DNA of 63,901 nucleotides, counting the filler, from Rhizaria sp. SCN 62-66 (Eukaryota): the NCBI GenBank assembly GCA_001724265.1. It is 3 parts of 3 records of this genome, joined end to end, with 100 filler letters (N's around TTAATTAATTAA, not from the genome) between each part and the next. Parts side by side here need not be neighbours in the genome. Positions count along the whole stretch, not along the records: positions 21,742 to 43,375 come from MEDY01000446.1; 2 more parts are not named here. One strand, given 5' to 3'. A program made the position numbers and the translations under genes. This document shows positions 22,420 through 35,643 of the stretch, one piece after another. The notes beneath the pieces were generated by a model that had not been told where the DNA came from, did no database searches, and worked only from the letters and a program-made list of their open reading frames with translations. Every line of letters begins with the position of its first letter. Position 1 is the stretch's first letter.

Positions 22420-24993
22420 ATGGATCCGGCTGAGGCACGCACCTTTCACGAATCACTGGCGGCGGTCTTGTCGCTGTCACCGAGTGTTTCTGACTTGCGT
22501 TTCCTTCAAAGTCGGCTAGCACAAGTTCAACTTCAACAAAGTGAGCATGTGCCTGGATGCATTGAGCTTGACGCGTATTGGCTCTTGGTTAAGTGGCTTT
22601 GCTCATGCGGAGCCTTCGGGGACGACGTGTACTCAATGCGCTTTGCCAGTCTGTACGTGTTATGGCTGCTCCGCTCTTCCCCGGCCAGCTGCGCTGCGCT
22701 TGCCGCGCGCGGAGCCGCTGGGGCGCTCTACCGCTGCATCGAGTACGAAGACTTCTGTGTGCACTCGGAGCTGCTGATCAAGACCGCAAGCATGTTTGCC
22801 GACGCGCACCCCGCGGGCGTGTTGCCCGTGGGCGAGCGCGCCGCCAGCCTGAGCGCGCTGCTCGCCTTGGCCGGCGACCTCGTCAACGGGCTCGAGAGCC
22901 TCAACGATCCCTCGACGGACGATGACGACGACGATGCTGACGCCGACAGCGACTCCGACGACAACACCGACGAGGACGCTGACGAGGAGGACTCTCCCGC
23001 GGTTGCTGCGGTCAAGTCGGACCTCGTCGCCTGTCTGCTCGCGGCGGCGCGGCTGCTGCGGCACGGCCCGCCCCTGCCGCGCAAGACCGCGGGCGCGCTT
23101 CTTCTGCAGGTGCTGGGGCGCGCCGCTGCACAGTTTGCCTGCGACGCTGAGCGCCACCGCGCCATGCGTGGGGCGCTGGCGAGCACGCTGGCCAGCGCTG
23201 TTGGGGCCTGCGCGGTCCACTCGACTGACGCCGAGCCTCACGCTGACGCTGTCGCTGTTACCGAGGCTGACGTTGAAGCCATGTTTGAGAACGGTCTCTT
23301 TGACTTTGCGTGGCGCATGCTGTTCCGCAACCTCGACCTCGGCCACTACAAACTGGCTTCCCACCAGCAACCCACGCCCGACGCGCTCGTGGCAGTGATG
23401 ACACGCGTGGCCGCGCTGCCGACCGCGACGCTGGAGCGCGCCTTCACGCCGGCGCGCGTGGCGCTTGCGCACGCCGCGCCGAGCCGCTGGCGGCAACTGA
23501 GCGACGCCGCGCGGGCTGCACTCGGGGCCGCGCTCGTGCGGTTCGCGGCGGCCTCGCCCGCGCTTGCGGAACAGCTGCTGCGGAGCGGCGCTCTCCTTGC
23601 GGTGCTGCGGCGACTGGAGCACAACGTGCTGCCTTAGTACGCGCTCCAAGCCGGGCTCGCCGGGTGCGTCGCGCGGCACGCCGTGCGTCGGTTCGCTGCT
23701 GCAGGGGATCGCGCCGCGGCTGTTTGCGTTGCGGAGGAGCTACTGCAGCACGACGCGGTTAAGTGCTGCGTGGCGGGGCTGGCCGCAGTCGTCTTTGGGG
23801 GTGACGCTCTTGGTGGCGACAGCGATGAGTTTGTTGGCAATCTCACCGACATCTTGCGCGCACTGCGCGAACTTAGCGCTGCGGGCGGCGGGGCATTCTC
23901 GGCCTCGTTCGTGAAGGCGCGTGGGCCGCAGCTGCTCGATCTTGTGCGCTACAACACGCTCACGCAGCGAGATGGTCCCGCACTTCCGGAGCTCGCTCAT
24001 CTCCAGACACAGCTGGCGTTACGTGGTATCACGTTACCAGTGACTCTACCAGAGGAGCAGCGCTGCATTGCGGTGGAGGACCTGCGCGCCTTCACTAAGG
24101 ACGGCAGCGTGGACTGGGAGACGGCGTTCGACGCGCACCTGGCGTGCAGCCTCGAGGAAGGCGGCCACCCGCGCCGCGGGCGGAACATCGGGCGGGACGA
24201 CTGGGCCGCGGACCCGGCCCCCGAGCGCGCTGCCGGTGCGCCGTCCGCGGCGGCGCTGGCACTGCTGCAGACGCGCGCCCGCGAGCGCGTGCTTCTCAAC
24301 GCGCACTCCACGATGGATGTCACGGACGCGGTCTCGCTCGTGGCGCTGCAGACGGACATCTACGGCCCACCCGTCCACGGCCACATGATGTCTACGCTGC
24401 TGGTTGCGCCCGACGACGCGCGGCTGCCCAGCCACGCGATGCACTTTCGCGCGGGTATGGACCGCAGCTCCATCGGGTGGTACGTGCACCGCTGCTTCCG
24501 CCCGCCGGGGCAGCCCGCGGGGACCGCACTGCCGTATCTGGCGCTTCACAGCAAGCGTGCGCCCTGCGCTACGGGACCCATCGCGCCGGTGCCTGACGAC
24601 ATCGTCTACGGCGAGCACGCGCCCGCGGCGGCGGACGTTGAATACGCTCCCGGTACAGTGCTGGTGCGGCCATGGGCCGTGCGGCCGGCCCCCAGCGTTG
24701 ACGGCTGGGGCGCGAGCGACCTGCCCATGTTTCTCGTGTACCGTCCGTGCGCGGCGAGTCTGCTGCCGGGCGCGGTGCCCGTCGGCCGCGTGGTGTCATG
24801 CACAGCGATGCATGACTGGAGCGACGACGGTGAGAATCACGCAGACGCTCCTGACGGGGCCGAGAGGCCGCTGTTCGACGAGACAATGCTCGCATGCTTG
24901 ACTGCTCTCGCAGCGTGTGACCACTGCAGTCACGCCAATGGTGCAAATAGTCGGGCTCAGATTGGCATTCCATACTTTGAACCTCCGCCTTAA
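22420..24993 (+). CDS. Hypothetical ~857-aa protein (helical-repeat-like N-terminal part) with one in-frame TAG at 23635-23637
   Basis: ORFs 22384-23637 and 23683-24993 share a frame and are separated only by TAG plus 15 sense codons (EHNVLP*YALQAGLAGCVARHAVRRF). No AT-rich spacer. Final stop TAA. Start codon uncertain. Confidence 0.7.
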
Positions 24994-26752
24994 AAACTTT
25001 GGCCTCCGACGACAAAGCTCCATATGAGTATGTGTACCAACAGTACGTAATACATGTTTTAACGGAGCACGCCCTTCTCTTTTCGCTGTAATGAACGAAT
25101 ACATGTTGACATTGTTTTCATGAATAAATACACATTCATATTCATATTTCACAAACATGTCAGCAAGATAGCTTCTTTCGCAGAGTCGGAATTCATAACC
25201 AGGTCAAGATAATAATTCATCACAGTGTAGCAGATACTGATACAACTTATCGTATGTATGCTAATAAGACATGTGTTTTGTGATGACAAAGAGCCAGCAG
25301 TAAAAACGACATCAAACTTATGTTTTGGAAGTGAAACGAGGTACATGTAGTGGGCATGCCTGCGTTTGTGTGTGTGTGCGCGCGTGGCTTGAGAGCAAGA
25401 CACGAAGCTTGTGACAAGCGACACGAGTACACAACAGGCAATGGAGCTACTTGCACGGGAGGTAGTGGCAAGTTTTAAAAAGTAAAAATAAAAAAACATG
25501 ATTTGTTACAAAAATGCACATACTAGCAGCATGGGGAACGAAGGGGGAGATTATCCACGCATTGAGTGTTGAGGGAGCTGGTTGGGTGTGCCAATGCAAG
25601 TAAGCGTTGCATGATGCACACACCAGACGAGTCAAAACAATCACACAAAAAAGAAACAACAGCAAACAACAGCAAAGCAAAACAGTGTTTGATGGAGATC
25701 ACAAAGGATAATATGAAAAGAGAACAAAACAGAAGTGGTAGGAAAAAGAAAATGGAGACAAAGAAAGCTCCAATAACAACACGCGCGGATAACATCAACG
25801 TGTGAAGTACCAGTTACAAGCAGTGCACTGAAGAACAGAGGAAGTGTGTGTGTTCTAAGGATTAAACAAAAAAAAGCAAGCCAAAGCAACACAACAACCA
25901 CTGCTGACAACAGCGAGACGATAAACAAGCGAAATTTTGATTAGGCACAAAAGCAACAACACGCAAACAAGATGAATCAAGACGAAGAGGTGTTGACAAA
26001 GCACACAAATTTAACGCATGTCGTCGCGGGTTGTGCGACAACAAGTGTACTACGAATAAAGAGGCTGTAGCCAAGCAGGCGTTGCATACAGTTGCTGTTG
26101 CGACGCCCGTATAAAAACAGAGAAGAAACCGCGGTTCACGGAAGCGATTCACACGCACACACACACGCCGCCGCGGCGGTCCACGACCTGCGTTTACTCA
26201 GTCTGCCAGCCAGTCAGCTAGTCAGTCTGCCATTCGGCCTGAGAGTAAGTCTATCTGTCTGATGGTCAGGCCGCGGGCTTGCTCAGTCTCGGCGCCCGTG
26301 GCGCGCAACAACGAAGACAAGGACGCGGGCGATGCTAAGAAAACAGAAGTGGGAAAGCGGAAGGCAGACGACGGAGCAGACAAGGGCGAGATGGGTGTAG
26401 AGAGAGCGAGAGCGAGCAAGGGGCTGGGACACACACGCATAAACAGGCACGCGAGAGAGCACTCGCGCGCGCGGGGGAGTGTGATCTCACAACATAAGGG
26501 AAATTTGGGTGAAGGAATATAGTAATGAGGGAAATGGCATGAAGCCAAATCAGGATCAAATCTCAAAAACACACACACAAACACTCACAAAACATGCGGA
26601 CAGAACAGCACGAGAGCGTCGTCAGCTATCAGCTAGCTGTCTGCTCTTTACGCCGTCCGCCGCAGAGACGACGGTACGATGTTACATATTACATAGATCG
26701 CTCGCTCTGCGGAGTTTGTGGAGTCCGTGCGTGGCCTTTAAGTTAAGCTGCC

Positions 26753-28568
26753 TTAGGCCTGCTTAACCTCGACAACCTACTGGGCCTGCGCCTGTGCCTG
26801 AGCCGCGGACATTTGCGGCGCGGAGGCCGCAGCCCTGTGCGCGGAGACTGAGGCGTGGGATGCGTGGGACCCGTGGTATGCATGCTTGCCAGAGGACGGC
26901 AGCCGCTGCGCATGCTGGTGTTGATACTGCTGCTGCTGCTGCTGCTGGTGACTGTAGTGGCCGTGTTGCTGGTGGCTGTAGCTGTTGTGCTGCTGGTTGT
27001 AGTGGCCGTGTTGCTGCTGGTACTGGTTCTGGTAGCGCTGCACATGCTGCTGCTGCTGCACATGCTGCTGCTGCGGCTGCTCCTGATGCGCCGACAACGC
27101 GTCAGGGCTCACACCGGCACCGGCACCGGCACCAGCGGCGGCGGCAGCGATTTGCTGTTGCTGCTGCATGTTGTGGATGTGGTGCTGCACGGCCATGATC
27201 TCGTGCGGAATGCTCGTCACCACGCCCTGGCCACTGACGCCACCGAGGCCGTTAAGGCCGCCAAAGCCGCTGAGGGGCGCCAGCAGCGGCGAGCCCTGGC
27301 TGAGCGGCGACCCGCGGTTCAGAGGGGAGCTGTGCAGCGGCGAGCCGCCCTGGCCCCGGCCGGGGGACGGCACGGGCGACGGCGCAGACGACTGAGACTG
27401 AGACTGAGTAAGTGCAGAGTTGACTGTCGCAGCAGGGGGCGCGTCGCGGGGGCGGCGGATGCGCCCCGTGGCGACGAGCGCGCCGACGACCGAGAGCACG
27501 AGGTCCTCTGCGAGCGCGACGCAGCGCGGGGAGCCGTGGATCATCACGTGGTGCACGTAGGGGTCCGCGACGTCGGGCGCGACCGTGACGGCGCACAGCG
27601 CGGCGGTGCGCACGGCCTTCAGCCCGGCGCCCGCGCGGCCGATGACAGCGCCCACGGCCGCGGTAGGGATGCCAAAGCGGCGCACCGTGACCGTGGGCAT
27701 GGTGGGCACGCCGTTGACCACGAGCGCGGGCGGGTACGGCGCCGTCAGCGGCAGCGCGCCGTTGCCCGGCACGTAGGGCGCGAAGCGCTCGCCGCGCCGG
27801 TCGCGCTGCAGCGCCACGATCTCGGCCGTGATGCGCGGGATGAGGGTGAGTAGCGCGACGCGGACCGACGTGGGCGTGCCCGTGACCGTGACGCAGACCT
27901 CAGAGCTGTGCGGCAGCGGCTCCGTGCCCGTCTTAATCACCGCGCCCGTCTCGTACTGGATGCGCTGCACCGTGCTGCCGTCGCGGCCGATGATCGCGCC
28001 CACGGCGGGCCGGTGCACAAGCATGCAGAAGGACGCCATCGACGCGGGTGTCACCGCCTCGCCGCGCGCAGCCGCCTTGATGCTCATGCACATCGTCGCC
28101 ACGTGCACCGCGGCCTCGACCTGGTTGATCAGCGGTGCGTTGATCACCAGCACTCGGTCTTGGATGATGCGCGCAATCGTTTGGTTCTCGGGGGCTTTGA
28201 GCACACTCAACACGACACCGCAGGCGTCGCGCAACGCAGACACAGCGGCGCCGCGCTTGCCGATAACTGCACCGATGTGATCGCGGTCAACTGAAACAAA
28301 ACAAAACAAGTGGAAATAAAAGGATTGGTTAGATGGAGTTACAAAGATAGTATGCAAAATTGGCAGCACTAGTCATGTCAAAAAAGGGAAAGAAGCACGG
28401 GCCAAGGAGTTGCTTGCGGCAATCGCATGCCTCACAAAAGCAAGCATACAGGCTTAAAATAAAGGAGAGTTGACAAAAATTGAGTGGAATCAGATTTAAA
28501 AGCGTACCTAAAGCACGAATGCTGAAGTTAGTCTTGGGTGCGGCAGCAAACTGCGGGGTTATCGACAT
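26753..28568 (-). CDS. Triple-KH-domain RNA-binding protein (PCBP/hnRNP K-like); exons 28568-28508, 28290-26753
   Basis: Three GxxG KH motifs (IGAVIGKRG, VGAIIGRDG, VGAVIGRAG). A phase-1 intron joins MSITPQ...SIRAL to VDRDHIG. Gln/His-rich tail AQAQAQ-TAG-VVEVKQA-TAA. The end would be 26777 if TAG were a stop. Confidence 0.88.
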
Positions 28569-30343
28569 GTTTGATATTTTGCTTAGAGAAGCGACACGGA
28601 GTCTGCAGAAGAGGGAGACAAAAGAGAACAGTTAGCGCCTATCTCGAAAATCCCCATGCATAATTGAAAGATAAGATAGATTATTCGCTGGAATTACTCG
28701 GTAATGCTAAAATATGCATCCGGCGCGCGTGTTTAAAGCAGTATGCATCCGCAAAAGATGTTTACTTCTCGGCCTTCGCCGACCAGTACCCAGTTCCGAG
28801 GGCAGTGCTCACAGTCAGTTAGGTCGAAATTGTGGTGGAGCGCGGAAAGCAATCTTCAGAGACACAGCTAACTCATAGTGCAAATTAAGCAAGGGATTGT
28901 GGTATTATGTAATATTTCGTACCTAATTAAAAGATTGGATCTTTCCCGATTTCTCTGAATTACCTTCAAATCCCTACCGTAAGCTCAGCAGCAGAAATGT
29001 CCAAGAAAAATGCATACTGTCACGGTGTGGGGCACCAAAAGTAGATCACGCAGTTCATGAGGGAAAACCGTACACAAAGTGTGCTAGAATATGCTGAGGT
29101 CAAATTTCTTACCGTGATTACATGATCTTGTTAAGGTATGTGTGGTCAAAGTTCATCCCAAAAGAAGCGTTGCGACCGCATCTGCAGGCTGCATAGACGA
29201 GGCATAATCACACGAAGAAGTCTACGTGGCAATGTCTTAATAGCACCAAGACTCTTCGCATTCGTTAAACCGCACTCAGTGAATTGATATGGGAAAAAAG
29301 AGGTGCGTCTCTGGTTGATTAAGTGTAACAAGGCTAGTTCGAAGGTCTGACACTCAGCTTGAAGCAATGTCAATCGAAACTGTAATAAGATCGAATCGGA
29401 ATACAAATAAGTTATGGTATACATAACATGGGCATCAATGCTGGATTGCACTGAAAGATTGTCATTATGATGTTTACTTAAGATACACCAGTTCTAGATT
29501 TAGGATGTTAGTGGGTTTGAGCGACGAAGATGACGTGATGAAGGGTTAGAATCACAAAACGAAGAGCTTTGAAAACGAAATTGAAGATACAATCATTAAT
29601 CAAAGCTTGAATTGCACAACATATAATTGAGGCAAGTATACGCGCATGATTGACTGATTGTTGTAAGAGAAACATGCAGTGGGCCTCATGCTATAACCAC
29701 CAAGCGTTCCAGATGAACAGTATATAGAGTCACAGAACAGAAGCCATAAAATATGTCTTCAAAATATGTGTGTAATTAGCGCATTCTCATATCATGTTAT
29801 GCGTACGCATCATAATGGCATTGTTGTGCCGCACAAACCTTCCCAGTGTGTAGATGGAGGGAGTGAATCTTCTTATCGGCATGCCGATTTTAGTCGAAGC
29901 GATTTAAGAAAGAAAAGGCGCAATACTGGGACAAACAAGTTTTTGCTCAGAAATAAAAACACATCATTGAGCAAGAGTCAACGTCCAGCAGTGTTTTTCA
30001 ACGGCATGGGCGAGCGTAATCTAAACTTTCTTTTCCTCCGACAAGCCTCTTCTGTTTCTCCCTTTGCTCAGAGCCCGGGACCGTTGGGTGTGACTGACGT
30101 CAGTACAAAACAAGAGCTGGACGTGGCCGTGTTCATCAAGACGAAGCTGTACCACCCAGGCAGTATATCATTTGCGTTGGTGTACATAATACGTTTATTA
30201 TAGCTTCTGCAGATATCGTCTGCGCCCACTAACCTATGGTCCGTCAACACCCAAGTCTCCTTTGTTACTCCCCTTCTGCATGCTCGCCCAAAGCCCCCTA
30301 GCTCACACACAGCTCACTTTTCCTGTTCGTTTCTACCCCGTAG

Positions 30344-32216
30344 GGCAACACACACAACCCGTCTCCGGTCCTATTGTACGTCTGATCTCTGTCTCTGCTT
30401 CTGTCTCTGCCTCTCGCGTCTCTGAAAATGGCTCTGCCAGTCCGCCTCATGTCACAACTCATGTCTCGTCACTCACGCTTCACCCCTTTTACCCCGCTTG
30501 CACCCCGCCACAGGGCCGGCGACACCTTCATGGTGACGCCGATGTTTAACTCGTCGAAGCAGTCGAGCCTGGAGGCGTTCGACGAGGCCTTCGGCTCGGA
30601 CCACGAAGACGATGTCGCGCTCTCCGCCCGCGGTGACGGTGACGCCGCGGGCTCCCCAGGGGACGACCTCGACGGGCTCGGCGCAGCGGCTGCGGCTGGG
30701 GACATCGAGGAGGAGCGCAAGCAGGCACAGGCCGCCAAGGCCAAAGCAGAGGCGAAGGCGGAGGCCGACGCAAAGGCCAAGGCTAAGGCTGATACGAAGG
30801 CCGCGGCGGAGGCCAAAGAGAAGGCTGATGCCGACGCGAAGGCTAAGGCCAAGGCCGAAGCCAAGGTCAAGGCCGAGGCTGAGGAGAAGGCCAAAGACAA
30901 GGCCAAGGCCGACGCAAAGGCCGACGCAAAAGCCAAGGCCGAGACTGAGGAGAAGGCCAAGGCCCAGGCGAAGGCTGACGCGAAGGTCAAGGCAGACGCC
31001 GACACCAAGGCTGAAGCCGCCGCCAAAGCCAAGGCTAAGGCCGACGCCGCTGCCGATGCCAAGGCCGACGCCGCTGCTACTTCTGCTGCTGCGCCAGCGA
31101 ACGACAGCATGAGCGCCAGCGCCAGCGCCAGCGCGGACGGCACGGCGGCGCGCGACACGACGCGCGACTTGGTGCCGCTGCGGCTGGCCTCGACGGGCGC
31201 CGCCGCGGCCGCCGCGGGCGGCTTCGTGGAGCGTCTACCGCTGCGGCCCGTGGACTGCCCCGCACTCGCCGCGCTTGTCGGCGCTGAGGCCGCCGCCGCA
31301 TTCGACAAGCTCCTCGCCAGCGCCAGCGCCAGCGCCAGCGCCAACAGCGGCGCCGACGCCGACGCCGAGGCCGGCAAGGCTGCGGCCGAGGCTGCGGCTG
31401 CGGCTGCGGCTGCTGCTGCGCGGGCGGCGCGCGCGGCGCCGGTGTCCCCGCTGGCGGCGCCGCTGCGGCTGCGACTGCTTGTGCGCAACATGCGTCCGCT
31501 GGGCGGGCTCGCGCGTCCCGCCGTGGGGCTGTTTCTCCTCCGCGCGGCCGCGGGGGGCCGGCCCGCGGTGGCGGCCGTGGCGGCGGCGCCAGGGACGCCT
31601 GCGTTCCCGCTGCCAGGCGCGACCGGGCTGCTCTCAGAGCCCGCGCTCGCGGAGCCCGCCGCCGAGGCCTGGGCCAAGCTCAACGCGAGTAGCAGCGCCC
31701 CCAACGCCAGCGCGAGCGCCAGCGGCAGCGCGAGCGCTGGCGGCGACGAGCTGGCGGGGCTGACGTGGCTGCTGGCCGTGGTGTCGGAGCAGCGCGTGCT
31801 GGCCGTGGCGCGGGTGCCCGCGCGCGCGCTCGCCGACCGCGTCGGCGCAATCGCCGCCAAGACGCGCGAGCTGCGGGCTGCTGCGGCAGCCGCAGCGCCG
31901 CTCTCATTCAAGCGCGACTGCCAGGTACGCGAGATCACAGATGTCACACATGTGTGATGATTGATGATGCGATGATGATGTGTATTGTTCGTATTCGAGT
32001 GGAATCTTCGACTATTCGGATCATATCTTGATGTATTACGCCAACATGAAACGAAAGGATGATGTTATATTCACATTTAACTTTATTCGCTGTGTTATGT
32101 TTCTCCTTTTTCTTGTGTAGCACCCATCGAACGACACCGAGTGGGCTGGCATTTTCGCCGGCGAAGGGCTTCACTTCCTGATTGAGCCCGAGATCCCGGT
32201 CGATGACGCCGCCTAA
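30344..32216 (+). CDS. Hypothetical protein with Ala/Lys/Glu repeat; exons 30344-30375, 30514-31924, 32121-32216 (5' exons unresolved)
   Basis: Frame-compatible GTACG..AG introns. KAKAEA/KADA repeat at ~30720-31080. Last exon HPSNDTEWAGIFAGEGLHFLIEPEIPVDDAA-TAA. Confidence 0.65.
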
Positions 32217-32662
32217 TGAGGCCGCTGTCTCGGCTGTAGGACCGCTGGCGGCTGTGAACGACTGTGAACGGCTGCTTATGGGGGCGTCAAAGGGGCTGCC
32301 GGACCGTCACTGACGGCTTTCTCATGATATACTTAGACTATATGGAGTAAATTTCGCCAATAAATAGAATGTATTGTAGTTCTGTACTGATCATGTGAGA
32401 TACTCGCGTGCTGTCCGAATCTGATAGCATTTCATGTTGTGTAGTGCATGAGAACTAAGAATTGAGGCTGTTAAAGTTCTTTTTGAAGACTTTTGACTCA
32501 AAGCTCTTCACCACGGATGCTTGATCTGAGCGCGCATTACTTGTCATACGAGCCACAGTCTCCGTTAATTGCGCTGCCATATCTGTACACGTATCAATAG
32601 GGAATTATATATACTCACACTTTATTATTTGTTTATCCGTGTCGATCTTGGTCTGCTTTTAG

Positions 32663-35372
32663 ATGGAGCGTGAGAAGCAACGCAGTGGCCTTACCCGCCA
32701 GAAGCGTCGTGGTGCGCCCCTTGTCTTCAACGAAGACAGCCAAATGTACGTTTATATCCCGGAAGCTAGTCACATGATAGCTATGTATTATATTGATTTA
32801 TTCAGCATTGGCTTTGCTGTTTCACATCTCGACGCGCACTCCCTCTTTTCCTGCCCCTCACCCCTTCGGCTCTCTTTGCCTTCGCTGTATTTGACCTCTC
32901 ATTACTTCTTGCAGGGACTGGTGCCTGAACGCGCGCAAGCGCCGTCTGGAGCGCCAGTCGATCGGACACGCGGAGGTCGCGCGCAAGGAGAAGGAGACGC
33001 GCCGGCAGGACCGCAAGCAGCGTCGCGACGACGTGGACCGCCTGGTGAACAAGCAGTTCACCGAGATCATGATCGACGACGCGGACATGGACTCGGATAA
33101 CGAGGTGCTCCAGGTCTACCGCACTGCGCAGCAGGCCTTCAAGGACAAGGCCGCTCGCCGCCGCGAGCGCTCGGGCAAGGACGACGACGGCGAGGACGTC
33201 AGCGGCGACAGCGACGACGGCGTCGACGCAGAGTCGGCCGCGCTCGCCGTCGCCGCCGCAGACGACCTGGACGCCTACGGCTTCAACGACGACCTCCACG
33301 GCGGCGGCAGCGCTAACGGCCGCGTCCGCAAGCCGATTACCGGCGCCGGCGCGGGCAAGCGCGCGCGCGTCGCCGCTGCCGTGGCCGCCGCCACCGGCGC
33401 CGATGCCACCGGCGCCAATGCGGAGAGCGACGAGGGTGAGGCCGCGCTGCGGTTCGAGGACGACGCCGCGGTGGTCACGGTCGAGACCACGGACCTCAAG
33501 GGCCGCGCCGCACGCAAGAACCGCCGGGGCGGGGCCGCGGCCGCCGGGGGCGCGCTGGCCGCGCGCTCCGAGGTGTCCGACTCAGAGGAGGAGGAGGCGG
33601 CCGCCGCTGCAGCCGCCGCGGCTGCTACAGCGCGCAAGCAGGCCCAGCAGAAGAAGGCTACGAACAACGCCATCAACAACAAGAGCGCCAAGCAGAAAGC
33701 CGCTGCCGCTGCCCCCGCCCCTGTCTCCGAGTCTGAGCCTGAGGAGGAAGAGGAGGAGGAGGAAGAGAACGAGTCTAGCGCGGACGAGGCGCTGCTGGCG
33801 GCCAACCGGCGCGCTATGGCCTACGCCGCCAAGCAGCGCCGCACCGCGGCCGCCGCCGCCAGCGACGACGACGACGACGACGACGACGACAACAGTATGG
33901 AGTTTGACGACGAGGATGGCGAGGAAGAGGAGGATTCGGAGATGTACTTCGGCGAGGGCGACGACGACGACCTGCTCGCCTGGGAGGGCGACTCCGACGC
34001 AGAGGACGAGGACGCTGATGACTCTGAGGGCGCTGAGTTTGAGTTTGACGGCGAGCTGGCGAGCGACGACGACGGCGCGTGGCGCGCTGTGTGGGCGCAG
34101 GACGGGCTCCGCGACGAAGACGACGACCTCGACGAAGGACTCGCCATGCACCTCGATAGCAACATCGGCAACAATGATAGTGAGAGTGAGACCGCTGTTG
34201 TTGACGCCAAGGCACAGGCCAAGGCCGCACGCGCGGAGGCTGCGGCTGCGAAGAAGGCCGCTAAGGCCGCGGCCGAGCGCAAGGCCCCCGCGTCGCGCGC
34301 GGCGTCGACGGCGGACGACGACATGATGCGGCGGCTCGCGCGCGAGATGTCGCAGCGCATCGGGCGCGAGGACGCGATGCGCGACGGCGCCGTGGCCGCG
34401 GTGCCGCTGGCCGAGGCCGTGCGCACGGCGGGCGCCGACGGCGACAGCGCGCTGACGGCCGAGGACCGCGAGGCCGTGCTCGCCGCGCAGGGTCTGTTCC
34501 ACATGGCGCGGCCGGCGCACTGGGCCGCGGACCAGGAGCGCCGCGCCGAGGCCGTGCGCGCCAAGTGGGCGCGCGAGGGGGTGGAGCCGACGCCCGAGAT
34601 GGTGCGGCGCCTGCGCGACGACTTCCGCGTCTTCGTCGACGAGCGCGTGCTCGAGGGCCGTCGCCGCGTGCTCGCCGAGGGCGCGGCGTGCGAGAACCCG
34701 CTGGCCGTGGACGACGGCGACGACCGCGCTAAGGACTTCCGGCCCGTCTTCGGGCTGGGGCCGGCGTCGCTGCAGGGCCGGCACCGCAAGAAGCCGCTGT
34801 CGGGCAAGAACAAGGAGAAGAGCTCGCGCGGGCGCAAGGAGAAGAAGCTGGAGCGCGCTCAGGCGGCGGACCGCAATCGCGCCAACGAGGCGTGCGAGAA
34901 CCTGGCGTGGACGTACGACTCTGACGGCGAGGACGAGGACCTCATGCACATGGGTAAGCACAACAAGGATCGCAAGCGCGCCGAAGCTAAGCAGCGCGCC
35001 AAGGCGCAGGAGCGCGCGCGCCGCGACGGCGGGCCCGCACCGCGCGTCGGCGCCAAGAGCGGCGACTTCGACGGCGAAGGCAGCGGGTCCGAGGATGAGC
35101 ACGGCAACGCGCGCAACAGCACGCCCCGCGGCGGCGACCGCGGCGGCGGCTTTGGCCGTGGCGGCCGCGGCGGCGGCTTTGGCCGTGGCGGGGGCCGTGG
35201 CGGTGGCCGCGGCGGTGGCCGCGGCGGCTTCGGCGGCGACCGCGACCGTGGAGAGGGCGGTCGCGGTCGCGGCGGCGGTCGCGGCGGTGGTCGCGGCCGC
35301 GGCGGGCGTGGCGGCAGTCGCGGGCGCGCCGGCTACGACATGGGCGACCGCGCGGGCACCTTCACCTTCTGA
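32663..35372 (+). CDS. NOL12: NOL12/RRP17 (Nop25)-like nucleolar protein with acidic middle and C-terminal RGG box; exons 32663-32745, 32915-35372
   Basis: Spliced N-terminus PLVFNEDSQMDWCLNARKRRLERQ...ARKEKETRRQDRKQRR resembles the Nop25 family pattern (F-D-E...KRK..R...E.R...RK.RR). RGG repeats at ~35125-35330. Stop TGA. Confidence 0.65.
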
Positions 35373-35643
35373 GTCAGCTGACCGCTCACCGAGTGCGCTT
35401 GCAGTGTGCAGAGCGATCGCTGTTGTGATGAAGAGGGCCAGGTGCGGCGCCGTGCAAGTGCGAGGTGTTGTGGGGAGGGGGGTGGGGGTGACGGCACATC
35501 AGACGCGTATCAATAAATATCAACGCTATTGTTCCATGTTGTCCTGCTTTTATGAACGAATATATCTTCTTTGTATTCACGTTATGTCTATGATTCATTT
35601 CAGCGAAATCTTGCCTCACAGTGCGACGGTCACAGAGCCACGC

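Noticed and set aside
25100-26750. Short hydrophobic ORFs in the A-rich region
   Set aside because: Low-complexity noncoding sequence, most likely the long T-rich 3'UTR of the KH gene.
28700-30060. Possible gene, transposon remnant or C/D snoRNA in the long AT-rich interval (ORF 29146-29451; GTGATGA...CTGA near 29535-29657)
   Set aside because: No host-like codon bias, no recognisable domain even when reading through TAG, and no convincing terminal stem or repeats.
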